From Archaeoglobus sp. JdFR-37 (GTDB taxonomy: Archaea; Halobacteriota; Archaeoglobi; Archaeoglobales; Archaeoglobaceae): a stretch of 61,195 nt of DNA. A program made the translations under genes and the position numbers. The first letter of the stretch is position 1; each line of letters begins with the position of its first letter. The notes under the pieces are model-generated. The model was given only the letters and a program-made list of their open reading frames with translations, was not told the origin of the DNA and ran no database searches. The DNA lies in contig MTMY01000031.1 of assembly GCA_002010215.1 (NCBI GenBank), positions 62,001-123,195 on the forward strand. The letters run 5' to 3'. Of this stretch, positions 12,534 to 22,366 are shown piece by piece.

Positions 12534-13718
12534 GTGCTCTGTGCCAGATGCAAGGGAAACCTTCTCTGTGGAAGGATAAAGTGTCCTCTACTGGAAAAAT
12601 TTGGATATCTGAAGAAGGTTGAAATAGAGGAGGGTAACATAGAAAAGCCAACTCCACCCTCAGCCTTCATAGGCAGAATAGGTTATCCAAAGGTTTATGC
12701 TGGGCCGCTAATAGCGGTAAATGGTGAACCATCTTTTCTCGACTCTCCTTGGCTATGGAAGGGTGATGTTGGGGATGTTATCAAGCTCAGAATGTCCCTG
12801 CTGAGGGGAATGAAGAGGATGGAGGTATATGTCGCTGCCAATCCTGACAGATACCTTTCTGACATTCAGGAAGCCACGGCATCAGTAAAACCCCTCGATT
12901 TGGAGACTGAGGTGGAAAAGGTCATCAAAAGGCCAGTTTTTGATGACACCGTTCAGCCGGTAGGCGTTTCGGCAAGAATTCAGGGTTTAAAACTGACGGA
13001 GAATCCAAAGATTCCTGACAGGATTGAGAAAGTTTACTATGACGATTCCAGAGCTGTTGATGCTGTGAAATTCCTTTTTGACCACAGCTTCTCAACATAC
13101 TATCTCCAGAAAATCTTCAGTGTGGGGATGCTGGGTGAAACAAAGAGCAGAAAGCTCGTTCCTACAAGATGGAGTATAACTGCCATTCACGACATCTTGG
13201 GGGAGGAAATAAAAAAGGAAATAGCATGCTTTGAATCTGTGGATAAAACGATGCTGTTCAGCTTTGAGCATTTCGGCAATCACTTCGAGATCATCCTATC
13301 TCCGGGCAACTATTCCTTCCAGCTTGTAGAAATATGGCTCAAAAAGAGCTTCTGGAGTCCTGACACAACTTGGATAGGATATGACAGAGAGGATATTTCC
13401 AGAAAAAGGGAGTATTCTGTTCTTTCCGGTGGGTATTATGCTGCCCGTCTTCCCGTTCTCGAGCATCTCAGGAAAATAAGGAGGGTCGCATCAATCATTG
13501 TTCTGAGGGAAATCAGGCCCGAATACTACGCTCCTCTTGGCGTATGGGTAGTTGAAGAAGGTGTCAGGAAAGCGATGCAAGGTAAAGCGGAGATATTTGA
13601 AAGCTTGGAAGAAGCATTAACTAGGGCAGCTAACAGGCTGAGGACTGACAGAATGAAATGGGAAATTCACCTGAGACAACATCATCAGAGCAACTTGGGC
13701 AGGTTTTTTGAGGTGTGA
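12534..13718 (+). CDS. nreA: DNA repair protein NreA (PCNA-interacting)
   Basis: N-terminal CxxC...CGxxxC zinc finger, RKLVPTRWSITA, GGYYAAR, C-terminal PIP box QSNLGRFF. Confidence 0.92.
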   Translation: MLCARCKGNLLCGRIKCPLLEKFGYLKKVEIEEGNIEKPTPPSAFIGRIGYPKVYAGPLIAVNGEPSFLDSPWLWKGDVGDVIKLRMSLLRGMKRMEVYVAANPDRYLSDIQEATASVKPLDLETEVEKVIKRPVFDDTVQPVGVSARIQGLKLTENPKIPDRIEKVYYDDSRAVDAVKFLFDHSFSTYYLQKIFSVGMLGETKSRKLVPTRWSITAIHDILGEEIKKEIACFESVDKTMLFSFEHFGNHFEIILSPGNYSFQLVEIWLKKSFWSPDTTWIGYDREDISRKREYSVLSGGYYAARLPVLEHLRKIRRVASIIVLREIRPEYYAPLGVWVVEEGVRKAMQGKAEIFESLEEALTRAANRLRTDRMKWEIHLRQHHQSNLGRFFEV

Positions 13719-13720
13719 TT

Positions 13721-14761
13721 CTATGCCAAGACTACAGGTTGCATTCCTAGAAATTCTGCCGCGGTAAGAACCTTCTTATCAAGCTTTCTCGCCACTTCCC
13801 AGACTTCTCTTGTCCTCTCTCTGAACTTGGATTCCCGTGGAAGGTGATGGTCGTAGATGATGACTTGTGTGTCTGTCTCGAGTATTATCTTGGTGGCATT
13901 CTCCACTGCTCTTCTGAAGTTTGTGAGGTTCAGGGTGTAGCCAAGCATGTAGGTCATTGGGCCATCGAGTATCAGAATATTCGGATTCTCGTGGATTATC
14001 CACTCGGCGTAGTCCTCGATAATAGGGCCGTTGAGGTCAGAGGAGTGGATGATCTTTGTTCCTCGAAATTCAACCACGGTGGAGAAAACCCAGCCAACTT
14101 TTGAGAACTCGATTCCATGGAAAAAGGGCTCGGTGAACCTAATCTTGGTTTTTCCAAGTTTAAATTCCCTATCATCAGCGAATCTCACTTCAATATTTTC
14201 AAAACTAATTTCTGGAATTCTCTTACATTCACACCACTTTCTGACTCTGCCGTAAAACCATCTCCTGCCTTTCTCTAGCAGCTCGTGTCTTCTTTTCTGA
14301 TAATCTCCAAAACTCTTGTTGCCAGCTATTTTTAGCCCATCCATTGGGTCCAAAAATTCTTTTTCTTCTGGTGGCTCAAGCATGTCCTCTAACTCCACAC
14401 CATAGTTTCTGCAAAGCTCATTGAAAAACTTCTCAGCTCTGCTCTGCTGTGAATCGTTGATATACTGGTTGGGATTTTTGACAAAAATCAGCTTTCCAGA
14501 ATAAATGTCTGCGTCAAAAGCTATATAGTGATCGTGGTGGTAGTGGGAGATAACGATCACATCAGCATCTCTTGCAGCCAGCCTGATTTTTTGCTTTGCC
14601 CGTTCATACCACTTAATCTTCTCTTCTCTCTTTGCCGGAAAGCTAGGATGCATTACTGCTGCTCCAGGGTCAATAAGGATATTATGGTCAGTTATAATCA
14701 AAATACATGAGGATTTGGCCCCAATTGAATCGAACCAGACTGGCTGGAATTCTAGTTCCAT
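13721..14761 (-). CDS. Metallo-beta-lactamase-fold hydrolase (UPF0282/COG2248-like)
   Basis: DSIGAKS, IDPG, SHYHHDH metal motif, SSDLNGP, YDHHLPR. Confidence 0.8.
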   Translation of the reverse strand: MELEFQPVWFDSIGAKSSCILIITDHNILIDPGAAVMHPSFPAKREEKIKWYERAKQKIRLAARDADVIVISHYHHDHYIAFDADIYSGKLIFVKNPNQYINDSQQSRAEKFFNELCRNYGVELEDMLEPPEEKEFLDPMDGLKIAGNKSFGDYQKRRHELLEKGRRWFYGRVRKWCECKRIPEISFENIEVRFADDREFKLGKTKIRFTEPFFHGIEFSKVGWVFSTVVEFRGTKIIHSSDLNGPIIEDYAEWIIHENPNILILDGPMTYMLGYTLNLTNFRRAVENATKIILETDTQVIIYDHHLPRESKFRERTREVWEVARKLDKKVLTAAEFLGMQPVVLA

Positions 14762-14763
14762 AA

Positions 14764-15048
14764 TTATGGCTTCTCGATCTGTCTAATGTCTATTTCCACG
14801 AGGTCTCCGACTTTCAGATCTTTGAGATTGTACTCCTCGTAATCAATTGGGATGTAAGCATCGAACTGGGTAAGTTCTTCAAGCTTTTTTGCAACGTTCA
14901 TACCCATATGCATGCTAAACTCGATAAGCTTCACGGGATCAGAGAGGTCAGCCTTGGGAATGATGCTTGCACCGCTTCCAACCTTTTTAAGAAAAAGGAT
15001 GATCGTGTCATCATCCTTTAGCTCAATTCTCACGATTTTATACCTCAT
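14764..15048 (-). CDS. Small hypothetical protein, coupled to the MBL hydrolase gene
   Basis: 94-aa ORF ending 2 nt before the MBL start; TATA-like TTTTAAA upstream. Confidence 0.7.
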   Translation of the reverse strand: MRYKIVRIELKDDDTIILFLKKVGSGASIIPKADLSDPVKLIEFSMHMGMNVAKKLEELTQFDAYIPIDYEEYNLKDLKVGDLVEIDIRQIEKP

Positions 15049-15134
15049 CTTTCCTGAATATCTGGCAGGAGTTTAAAAGTTATCGTGCAGATTCAGAAAA
15101 ATTTAAATATTGCTACTATGTCACATAATGTCAA

Positions 15135-15587
15135 ATGATTACGCTGAAAGAGTTGCAGATTCGCCCTTACCAGCATGAAGAGGATAAGGAGAAGCTGGTG
15201 AAGATGTATCTGTCGTTTGACCCATCTGATCGAACTCTGGGGTTGCCTCCAGCTACACGAAGCGATCTTGAGAGCTGGCTGGACTTTTTTGCCCCCGGTC
15301 TTTCCATTGTTGCTGAATGTAATGGCGACATTGTGGGGCATGTTGCAGGAGCACCTATTGGAGAGGAAGTGCACATGATTTCATTCGTACACAAAAATTA
15401 CCGGAACATGGGGTTGGGACAGAGAATGATCTCCACAGTAATTAAGAAGTGCAGGAAAGCCGGATACGACAGGATTGTTGTTGTTACGGATGAGCGCAAT
15501 ACAAGAGCCATACATGTTTTCAGGAAGTTAGGATTTCAGGTTGTGTCGGCTGGATTTGAGTATGAGATGCATCTGCCTCTTTATTGA
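15135..15587 (+). CDS. GNAT-family N-acetyltransferase
   Basis: Acetyl-CoA motif FVHKNYRNMGLG and NTRAIHVFRKLGF. Confidence 0.85.
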   Translation: MITLKELQIRPYQHEEDKEKLVKMYLSFDPSDRTLGLPPATRSDLESWLDFFAPGLSIVAECNGDIVGHVAGAPIGEEVHMISFVHKNYRNMGLGQRMISTVIKKCRKAGYDRIVVVTDERNTRAIHVFRKLGFQVVSAGFEYEMHLPLY

Positions 15588-15754
15588 AGCTTTCGAAGTT
15601 TTCGATGAATTAATTTGATAGTGGAATTGTTGATTTCAGGTTTTGAAATTTTTAATCGGGATCATAATAGAATAACTCCTCCTTTAGCAAGTGGAGTGCT
15701 GAATGCCGAAAGTGGAGAATTATGTCGAAAGCTCGGCAATACTTAACCTTGCGG

Positions 15755-16494
15755 TCAACTGGAAGCTTTAAGTGCTTTCTCCATGTCTCTTCCGTAAGAA
15801 TATCCAACTAAAACAAAAGCAAACAGTGCACCTGCTTCCAATATGTTATATGTTTCTTCATTGCCAGTAAAAAGCATTAAAATGGCCAAAAAGAATAAAA
15901 TAAAAGATACGGCGATACTTAGGAAAATATTTGGCGTGTGGGGCGGGATTACTATCGTCCCTTTTTTAATTAATTCATTATACTTTTTTGACCTGACGAT
16001 TATATACACAAGTGCTGGGAACAATGCTATGTATATGATTTCAGAAAGGTATGTAACATAATTGCAAACTTTGCCAGAATCTTTTATGTGATACACAGAA
16101 AGCAAAAAACTGCTATGTAAAGTATAGTAATTCCAAATCTACCGTAAAACACAGAAGTTCCTGAATTTGCAATATTCTCTTTTATTTTAATTAAAATTCT
16201 TATAATATTAACTGTAATTACAACTATTGCTCCACCTATCATCAAATTAAAAAATTCAATCAACTCTTCTATATCTAGGCTAAATATTGATGATATGAAT
16301 TCTAATGCCTCACTGATGCTGATTAATGCGAAAGCTATTGCTGAAATTATGAAATACATGCTAAAAGAATTCCAAGACAGTATCATTCTTTCAAAATCTG
16401 CCCCCTCACTTGTGCTAACTAAATAAAGCAATAATAATGAAGAGATTAAACCTAATATTGCTATTATTTCTCCTAGGACAATTATTGCCATCAT
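15755..16494 (-). pseudogene. Low-GC multi-pass membrane protein split by a frameshift (ORFs 16084-16494 and 15755-16105)
   Basis: Two overlapping hydrophobic ORFs; one extra T in the T6 run (A6 at 16104-16109) fuses them into a 246-aa frame. Confidence 0.6.
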
Positions 16495-16705
16495 AAATCA
16501 TATCTTATTTTAAATTAATAAAGATTCCTCCGTATTCATATCATAAAAATTACGAATATTAGAGACATGAAGTCGGTAACTTCTTTTTATTTGTCTTGAT
16601 AAATACCTCTTTTATAAAGATTGTAAGCTATTTCTTTTGTTTCTCAAGAGACCTTGCAAGCAACGAAGAGATGGAGGTTGGAATAATCCGAACCTCAGTT
16701 CCAGA

Positions 16706-16778
16706 CGCCGCCGGCAGGATTCGAACCTGCGACCATCGGCTTAACAGGCCGACGCTCTACCAGCTAAGCTACGGCGGC
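16706..16778 (-). tRNA. tRNA-Asn (GUU), intronless, no encoded CCA
   Basis: GCCGCCGTAGCTTAGCTGGTAGAGCGTCGGCCTGTTAAGCCGATGGTCGCAGGTTCGAATCCTGCCGGCGGCG cloverleaf; anticodon GTT. Confidence 0.97.
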
Positions 16779-16963
16779 TCGCAAAGTTTCGCTGCAACCT
16801 ATTGAATTTAAGCTTTACCCTCAAATAATGTTCGGTTGTTGATGTGTTCTGACGCATCGTTTGAGAATGTAATCTGTGGAAAACACTAAACGCACTACAC
16901 GCCACACGTCACAATACTGCCACATCCACTAAGTTTATTTTCGATGATATCTGTCAAAATTCG

Positions 16964-17890
16964 ATGGATGCATACTTGGAAAACGGAAAAATATGGACAT
17001 TTTATTCCCCCAAACTGGAAAGAAGAGGCTTTGGCAGGCGAAAAGGAGACAGAATAATCCTCTCAATTCACGAAGCCATTTACCTTTCAACCAAAGGTTC
17101 ACTTCGAGTTTTTAAGGGAGAGGAAGAGGTAAGTTCGAAGGAACTTTTCAAAATGCTTGAAAACCCTTCATACTACTTCGCTTACGAGGACCTCAGAGAG
17201 AGGGGACACAGAATAAGGCCTAATGGTCGTTATTTCACATGGAAAGAAAAAGAGATAATAGCTTTTTCTGAGCGGGAAAAAATCAGATTTCCTGAGTTGA
17301 AGGATTTCAGGGGGATAATTGCTGTCGTGGATGAGGAGGGTGAAGTGACCTACTACCGATCCGGGATTATTGAGCCATATGGGGTGCAGAAAGAAGAGCT
17401 CATGAGCTTTTCCGGGACCTTTGTGGGCGATAGAGTGCTGACCGCAAACACCGAAATATTCCGGAAATATTTCTATGGTAGCGAGCGGAACAATGTGGTT
17501 ACGCTGAGTTTAGTGGAGGCTGCGTATCTTGCAGAAAAGGGATACCTCCATCTGGATGAGGATATCAATGAGCTGTCAGAAAAAGCGAGAGAGTTGGAGA
17601 AGAACTTTGAAAGAAAATATGAGGTTTATAGGGATTTAAAGGAGAGAAACTTTGTAGTTAAAACAGGCTTCAAGTTTGGAAGCGATTTCAGAGTCTATGA
17701 GAGAGTTGAGAGCCTTTCCGACCTTCCACATTCGAAATACCTGATTAAAATAGCTGATGACGTGTCTTTCGACCCCAGCGAGGTTGCTGGAATGGTCAGA
17801 CTGGCTCAAAATGTCAGAAAGAAAATGCTTTTCGTCTTTGAAGATAATGGAAAGAACCTATATTATCTGATGGAGCGAATCAGAGTGTAG
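16964..17890 (+). CDS. endA: tRNA-intron endonuclease, two-repeat homodimer type
   Basis: Two repeats (LSxxEAxYL ... YxDLxERG/N); catalytic Y/H/K in KTGFKFGSDFRVY, PHS, VRKK. Confidence 0.93.
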   Translation: MDAYLENGKIWTFYSPKLERRGFGRRKGDRIILSIHEAIYLSTKGSLRVFKGEEEVSSKELFKMLENPSYYFAYEDLRERGHRIRPNGRYFTWKEKEIIAFSEREKIRFPELKDFRGIIAVVDEEGEVTYYRSGIIEPYGVQKEELMSFSGTFVGDRVLTANTEIFRKYFYGSERNNVVTLSLVEAAYLAEKGYLHLDEDINELSEKARELEKNFERKYEVYRDLKERNFVVKTGFKFGSDFRVYERVESLSDLPHSKYLIKIADDVSFDPSEVAGMVRLAQNVRKKMLFVFEDNGKNLYYLMERIRV

Positions 17891-17925
17891 TTATTAATAG
17901 CTATTGGCAACTATTAACCCGATAA

Positions 17926-18288
17926 TTAACCAGATTTCATCAGAAGCCAAGCATTCTCCCCGGCTTTGGGAAATTTTATGAGGACATATGTTCCTTTAAC
18001 CTTCTCACCTTCTAACTTTACCTTTATTCCCTTCTCATCTCTTTTCAAGAGTTGGTATTCGCCCTTATCCCAGATTATTACCTGTCCAGCTCCATAACCC
18101 TCACTGATTTCCCCTTCAAAATCCATATAGTCCACGCTGTGATCTTCTACTTGTATTGCCAGTCTCTTCTCCCCTCTTTTTTCAGGCATTCCCTTTGGGA
18201 CAGCCCAGCTTTTGGCAACACCATCCATCTCCAGCCGAAAATCATAGTGAAGTCTGCTGGCGTGGTGTTCCTGAATCACGAATTTCAT
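17926..18288 (-). CDS. Stand-alone LigD-type DNA 3'-phosphoesterase (PE) module
   Basis: FVIQEHHASRLHYDFRLE, SWAVPKG, LAIQVEDH..Y..FEG, YGAGQVIIWDKG; ATG 18288 preferred. Confidence 0.9.
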   Translation of the reverse strand: MKFVIQEHHASRLHYDFRLEMDGVAKSWAVPKGMPEKRGEKRLAIQVEDHSVDYMDFEGEISEGYGAGQVIIWDKGEYQLLKRDEKGIKVKLEGEKVKGTYVLIKFPKAGENAWLLMKSG

Positions 18289-18521
18289 AGGAGATAGAAG
18301 GTGATGATTCCATATTAATTTGGCGAAATGGTTTTTGAAGTTGCCGAGCCTGCTATTCCACATCTCTGCTCTCCTTTTATCTGCTCACCCAACCCCTCCT
18401 CCATCCCGAAATCCCATTTCAGTTCTAAGCCAATCCTAATCAATCAGACACCTTAAACGGACAATGGAAACAGAACATCAAAAAAGAGAAATTGGAATAA
18501 CCTAGGATAACCAAAAAGCAG

Positions 18522-20588
18522 CTACCTGACCTTTGTCCCTGGCTCAACCCCTTTCTCGGGAGTTAGCAGAATGGGTTTGCCGTCAATGTCTGCGGCTAAT
18601 ATCATTCCCCTGCTCTCAACCCCCATCAGCTTTGCCGGCTTCATGTTAACGAGAATCACAACGGTTTTACCCTCCACCTCTTCCGGCCTGTAAACCTCCG
18701 CAATCCCTGCAACAACCTGCCTTACTTCATTCCCCACATCAACTTCAAGGCGCAGAAGCTTTTTACTTCCAGATATTTTCTCTGCTTTTACAACCTTCCC
18801 AACTCTAATGTCAAGTCTCTGGAACTCCTCGATTGATATATAGTCGGTTTCATCAGCTTTAGCATCCTTTCCGGTTTTACTGGTATTATTGCTTACCTCG
18901 CCTTTTCTTGGTTTATCTTCCACAATTTCACCTCTCTCCTTAATCTCAGCCTTTCTAATTCTGTCCATCATCAATTCTTCCATTTCTTGGATTTTATCGT
19001 CATCAACTCTCTCGAAGGGAACCTCCGGTTTCTTAACTTCAATCTTCTCGGGAACGTTCAATGCATCATCTAGCCTGGCCTTCTCAGCATCTACTCCGAT
19101 AAACTCTGCCATTTTCTTCATGGTTCTGGGTAGAACCGGGTAAGCGTAAATCGTGAGAGCTCTGGCAATGGCCAAGCAGGAAGCTACAGCCTTCTCCGCC
19201 TCGGATCTATCGCTCTTTATCAGCTCCCATGGCTTTGAACTCTGGAAGTAAACGTTTCCATATGTGGCAAGTTCCATGAAAGCATCGCTCGCCTCCTTGA
19301 ACTCCCATGAGTTTAGGGCTGCCAATATTTTCTCCTTCGTCTCCTCGATTTTATCCAGCACCTCGTCATCAACATCCATGCTGACAGTGCCAAAATTCTT
19401 CCAAGCGAAGTGCATAACCCTATACAGAAAATTGCCAAGCGTCGCGATAAGCTCGTTGTTTACCTTATCTCTGAAAACCTCCCAGGAAAAGTTGAGGTCT
19501 TTCTGATGTGAAGTATAGTTGACCATATAATAGCGGAGATAATCTGTATTGAATCCTGCCTTGAGATAATCATCCTCAACCCATACAACGTATCCTCTGC
19601 TTTTGGAGAAAGTCTTACCTTCAACCTTCACCATTCCACTTGCCACAACTGCTGATGGCAGCGTGTAATCTGCTCCTTTAAGCATCGCTGGCCAGAAAAT
19701 GCAGTGGTGATAAACGATGTCTAGACCGATGAAGTGAACAATTTCAGCTTTATTCTCAAGCCAGATCTCCTTCCAGTCCTTACTGAGCCTTTCACATGCT
19801 CTTTCGGTGAATGAAATGTATCCGATTGGTGCATCAACCCAGACGTAAACAACTAACTCTTCCTCTCCCGGGAATTTAACTCCCCACTCTAGGTTTCTGG
19901 TTATGCACCAGTCTTTCAGCTCGCTTCTCACCCACTGCCTTGCGTAGTTAAGAGCATTCTCAGTCCCTCTCAGAGAAGCCAGATAATCCTCAAGAAACTT
20001 CTTGAACCCTGTCAGCTTGAAGAAGTAATGTTTTTGCTTCCTGAACTCTGCTGGTGAGCCGCAGATCTTGCATTTTGGCTCTTTAATCTCACCCGGCTCC
20101 AGATGCCTTCCGCATCCTTGGTCACATTCATCGCCCCTTGCAACGGCTCCGCAATAGGGGCAGATGCCTTCTACATACCTGTCCGGCAAAAACCTCTCGC
20201 AGCGTGGGCAGTATGCAAGCTCGATTTCCTTGGGATAGACATAACCTCTGTCTATGAGTCTGTTCACAATTTCCTGTGTCCTGGTATGGTGGTAGTCACT
20301 ATCTGTCCTGCCGTAGAAGTCGAATTCTATGTCGAGGGCTTTGAAAACCTCTTGGAAATGCTGATGATAAATGTCAACGAGCTGTTTGGGCTCTAGACCT
20401 TGCTGCTCAGCATTGACCACAATGGGTGTGCCGTGGCTATCGCTTCCACAAATGAAAATAACATCTTCTCCAGCCATTCTGAGATATCTTACATATACAT
20501 CAGCAGGTATATACGTTCTCAAATGTCCTATGTGAGCCTTACCGTTAGCATACGGTAGCCCGCAGGTTACGAGCTTCATGGGCTTCAT
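18522..20588 (-). CDS. metG: Methionyl-tRNA synthetase with C-terminal tRNA-binding domain
   Basis: LPYANG..HIGH, zinc knuckles, YVWVDAPIGY, FSKS, C-terminal LDIRVGKV...GVESRGMILAA; exact start uncertain (20579-20603). Confidence 0.96.
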   Translation of the reverse strand: MKPMKLVTCGLPYANGKAHIGHLRTYIPADVYVRYLRMAGEDVIFICGSDSHGTPIVVNAEQQGLEPKQLVDIYHQHFQEVFKALDIEFDFYGRTDSDYHHTRTQEIVNRLIDRGYVYPKEIELAYCPRCERFLPDRYVEGICPYCGAVARGDECDQGCGRHLEPGEIKEPKCKICGSPAEFRKQKHYFFKLTGFKKFLEDYLASLRGTENALNYARQWVRSELKDWCITRNLEWGVKFPGEEELVVYVWVDAPIGYISFTERACERLSKDWKEIWLENKAEIVHFIGLDIVYHHCIFWPAMLKGADYTLPSAVVASGMVKVEGKTFSKSRGYVVWVEDDYLKAGFNTDYLRYYMVNYTSHQKDLNFSWEVFRDKVNNELIATLGNFLYRVMHFAWKNFGTVSMDVDDEVLDKIEETKEKILAALNSWEFKEASDAFMELATYGNVYFQSSKPWELIKSDRSEAEKAVASCLAIARALTIYAYPVLPRTMKKMAEFIGVDAEKARLDDALNVPEKIEVKKPEVPFERVDDDKIQEMEELMMDRIRKAEIKERGEIVEDKPRKGEVSNNTSKTGKDAKADETDYISIEEFQRLDIRVGKVVKAEKISGSKKLLRLEVDVGNEVRQVVAGIAEVYRPEEVEGKTVVILVNMKPAKLMGVESRGMILAADIDGKPILLTPEKGVEPGTKVR

Positions 20589-20814
20589 GGGGTCGCATAA
20601 CATTAAAGAGGATATAATTTTTCCTGTCTGGGATTGGATTTTGTTCTTATCAGAGTCCTATAAATCTTCATCAAAAGCTGGCAGCCCATCTACCTAACCC
20701 AGACTGGAGCTATGCATAACAGCCAGCCCAAATCACCTATGCTCCATACTCTATACAACCTATATATACTTCTAGAGCCAATTTAAATTACTTGGAGAGA
20801 CTTGGGGGGATAAT

Positions 20815-21510
20815 ATGGTTAAGCATATTGGTATTGTTGCCTGCAGTTCTGAAGGAGCTGCCCTCTGTTATCGTACCATTTGTTTAGAGGGAACCGAATA
20901 TCTTGGCAGGCATGCCTATCCAGAAGTTACCATGCACAACTACCCGCTTAGCGAGTACATGAAATATATTGTGGCGGATGACTGGGAAGGGGTTGCAAAT
21001 CTGATGGTTTCATCTGCAGAAAAGCTGGCAAGAATAGGAGCGGACTTTGTCATCTGCCCCGACAATACAATCCACCAGGCATTCGATCTTGTGGTTGAGA
21101 GATCACCTCTTCCATGGCTCCACATCGCCGAGGAAGTTGCTAGGGAAGCAGCGAATAAAGGTTTCAAGAAGCTGGGTATACTAGGGACCCGATATCTTGT
21201 GGAGAGCCCCGTCTATCCAGACAAGCTAAAGGCGGCGGGCATTGACTACGTACTGCCAGAACTAGAAGAGAGAGAGCGGATGAATGACATAATCTTTGAC
21301 GAGCTGGTCAACGGAATTTTTCTGGATGAATCCAGAAACTATTTCGTTGAAGTAATAGAAAGGCTCAAAGAGAAGGGGTGTGATGCGGTAGTTCTTGGCT
21401 GCACAGAAATTCCTCTGATTGTAACGCCTGAAGTATCTCCTCTGCCCACCCTCGATTCCACACGAATACTGGCCAGAGCTGCACTCCGAAAGGCTGTAAA
21501 GGAGGATTAG
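20815..21510 (+). CDS. Aspartate/glutamate racemase family protein
   Basis: xNTIH motif, PWLHIAE, LGILGT, VLGCTEIP, LDST. Confidence 0.88.
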   Translation: MVKHIGIVACSSEGAALCYRTICLEGTEYLGRHAYPEVTMHNYPLSEYMKYIVADDWEGVANLMVSSAEKLARIGADFVICPDNTIHQAFDLVVERSPLPWLHIAEEVAREAANKGFKKLGILGTRYLVESPVYPDKLKAAGIDYVLPELEERERMNDIIFDELVNGIFLDESRNYFVEVIERLKEKGCDAVVLGCTEIPLIVTPEVSPLPTLDSTRILARAALRKAVKED

Positions 21511-21699
21511 ATAAAAAGTTATTCTGCAATACTTCAAAAGGTCTTTCAGCGAATTTTTGAAGAGTCCTCACTCCCACAAGGTTTCTTTTCTCTTTTTTGG
21601 TGGATTATTTATTCTTTTAACCCTTTTAACAATCTAGAATGGGTTGACATATTTTTAGCCCGACTTCCCGGTAGTTGTGTTAAATAACTCGAACAATTA

Positions 21700-21736
21700 G
21701 TAAAGTTTATAAAACATAATGTTAAACTTACTTTAC
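21700..21736 (+). promoter_or_regulatory. Putative operator overlapping the TATA box of the DUF2178-XRE operon
   Basis: GTAAAGT...ACTTTAC inverted repeat made of two imperfect GTAAAG-N4-CTTTAC boxes; encloses TTTATAAA (21706-21713). Confidence 0.55.
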
Positions 21737-21747
21737 AGGGTGGTGGG

Positions 21748-22125
21748 ATGAACCAGGTAAGATTGTGTAGGATAGCAATAACAATCGCTACTGGTGCAAC
21801 CGTTGGGTGGTTCATTTCAGTGGGAAACGTTGTGATACCAGTACTTGCAGTAATTATCGGGCTTGCGCTGCTATACCTATGTAAGAGCAGAATTCAAGAG
21901 GCATTAGAGGATGAGAGAACTTACAGAATAAGCGAGAAGGCATCTAGAGCTGCTCTAAGAGTTTTTGTACTAGTAGTAGCATTCACAAGCATCGTTTTAG
22001 TTCTTCTGGGTAAAAGCAATGCTGAAGTATCGCAAGCTGGTTATATCTTGGGCTATTCAGTCAGTGCCCTGATCGTACTATATTTAGTTTCCTACGGCTA
22101 TTACAGCAGGAAATATGGAGGTTAA
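21748..22125 (+). CDS. DUF2178-like membrane protein
   Basis: 4 TM segments with central EDERTYRISEKASR motif; directly upstream of an XRE HTH gene. Confidence 0.8.
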   Translation: MNQVRLCRIAITIATGATVGWFISVGNVVIPVLAVIIGLALLYLCKSRIQEALEDERTYRISEKASRAALRVFVLVVAFTSIVLVLLGKSNAEVSQAGYILGYSVSALIVLYLVSYGYYSRKYGG

Positions 22126-22130
22126 ATGGG

Positions 22131-22355
22131 ATGAAGAACAGACTCAAGGTGTATAGAGCTATGCATAATCTAACTCAAGAAGAACTTGCGAAAAAGCTTG
22201 GAGTGACAAGGCAAACAATAATAGCCATAGAGAAGGGGAAATATGATCCATCATTGGAGTTAGCATTCAAAATAGCCAGATTTTTTAAAGTTAAAATCGA
22301 AGACATTTTTATTTACGAAGGTGATGAAAATTATGATTCACAGTCAGACGTATAG
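22131..22355 (+). CDS. XRE/Cro-C1 helix-turn-helix transcriptional regulator
   Basis: LTQEELAKKLGVTRQTIIAIEKGKYDPSLELAFKIA. Confidence 0.93.
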   Translation: MKNRLKVYRAMHNLTQEELAKKLGVTRQTIIAIEKGKYDPSLELAFKIARFFKVKIEDIFIYEGDENYDSQSDV

Positions 22356-22366
22356 GGGGAAGTATC

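Noticed and set aside
15590..16705. Integrated element at tRNA-Asn
   Set aside because: No integrase and no duplicated tRNA 3' end (att site) seen; only a low-GC patch
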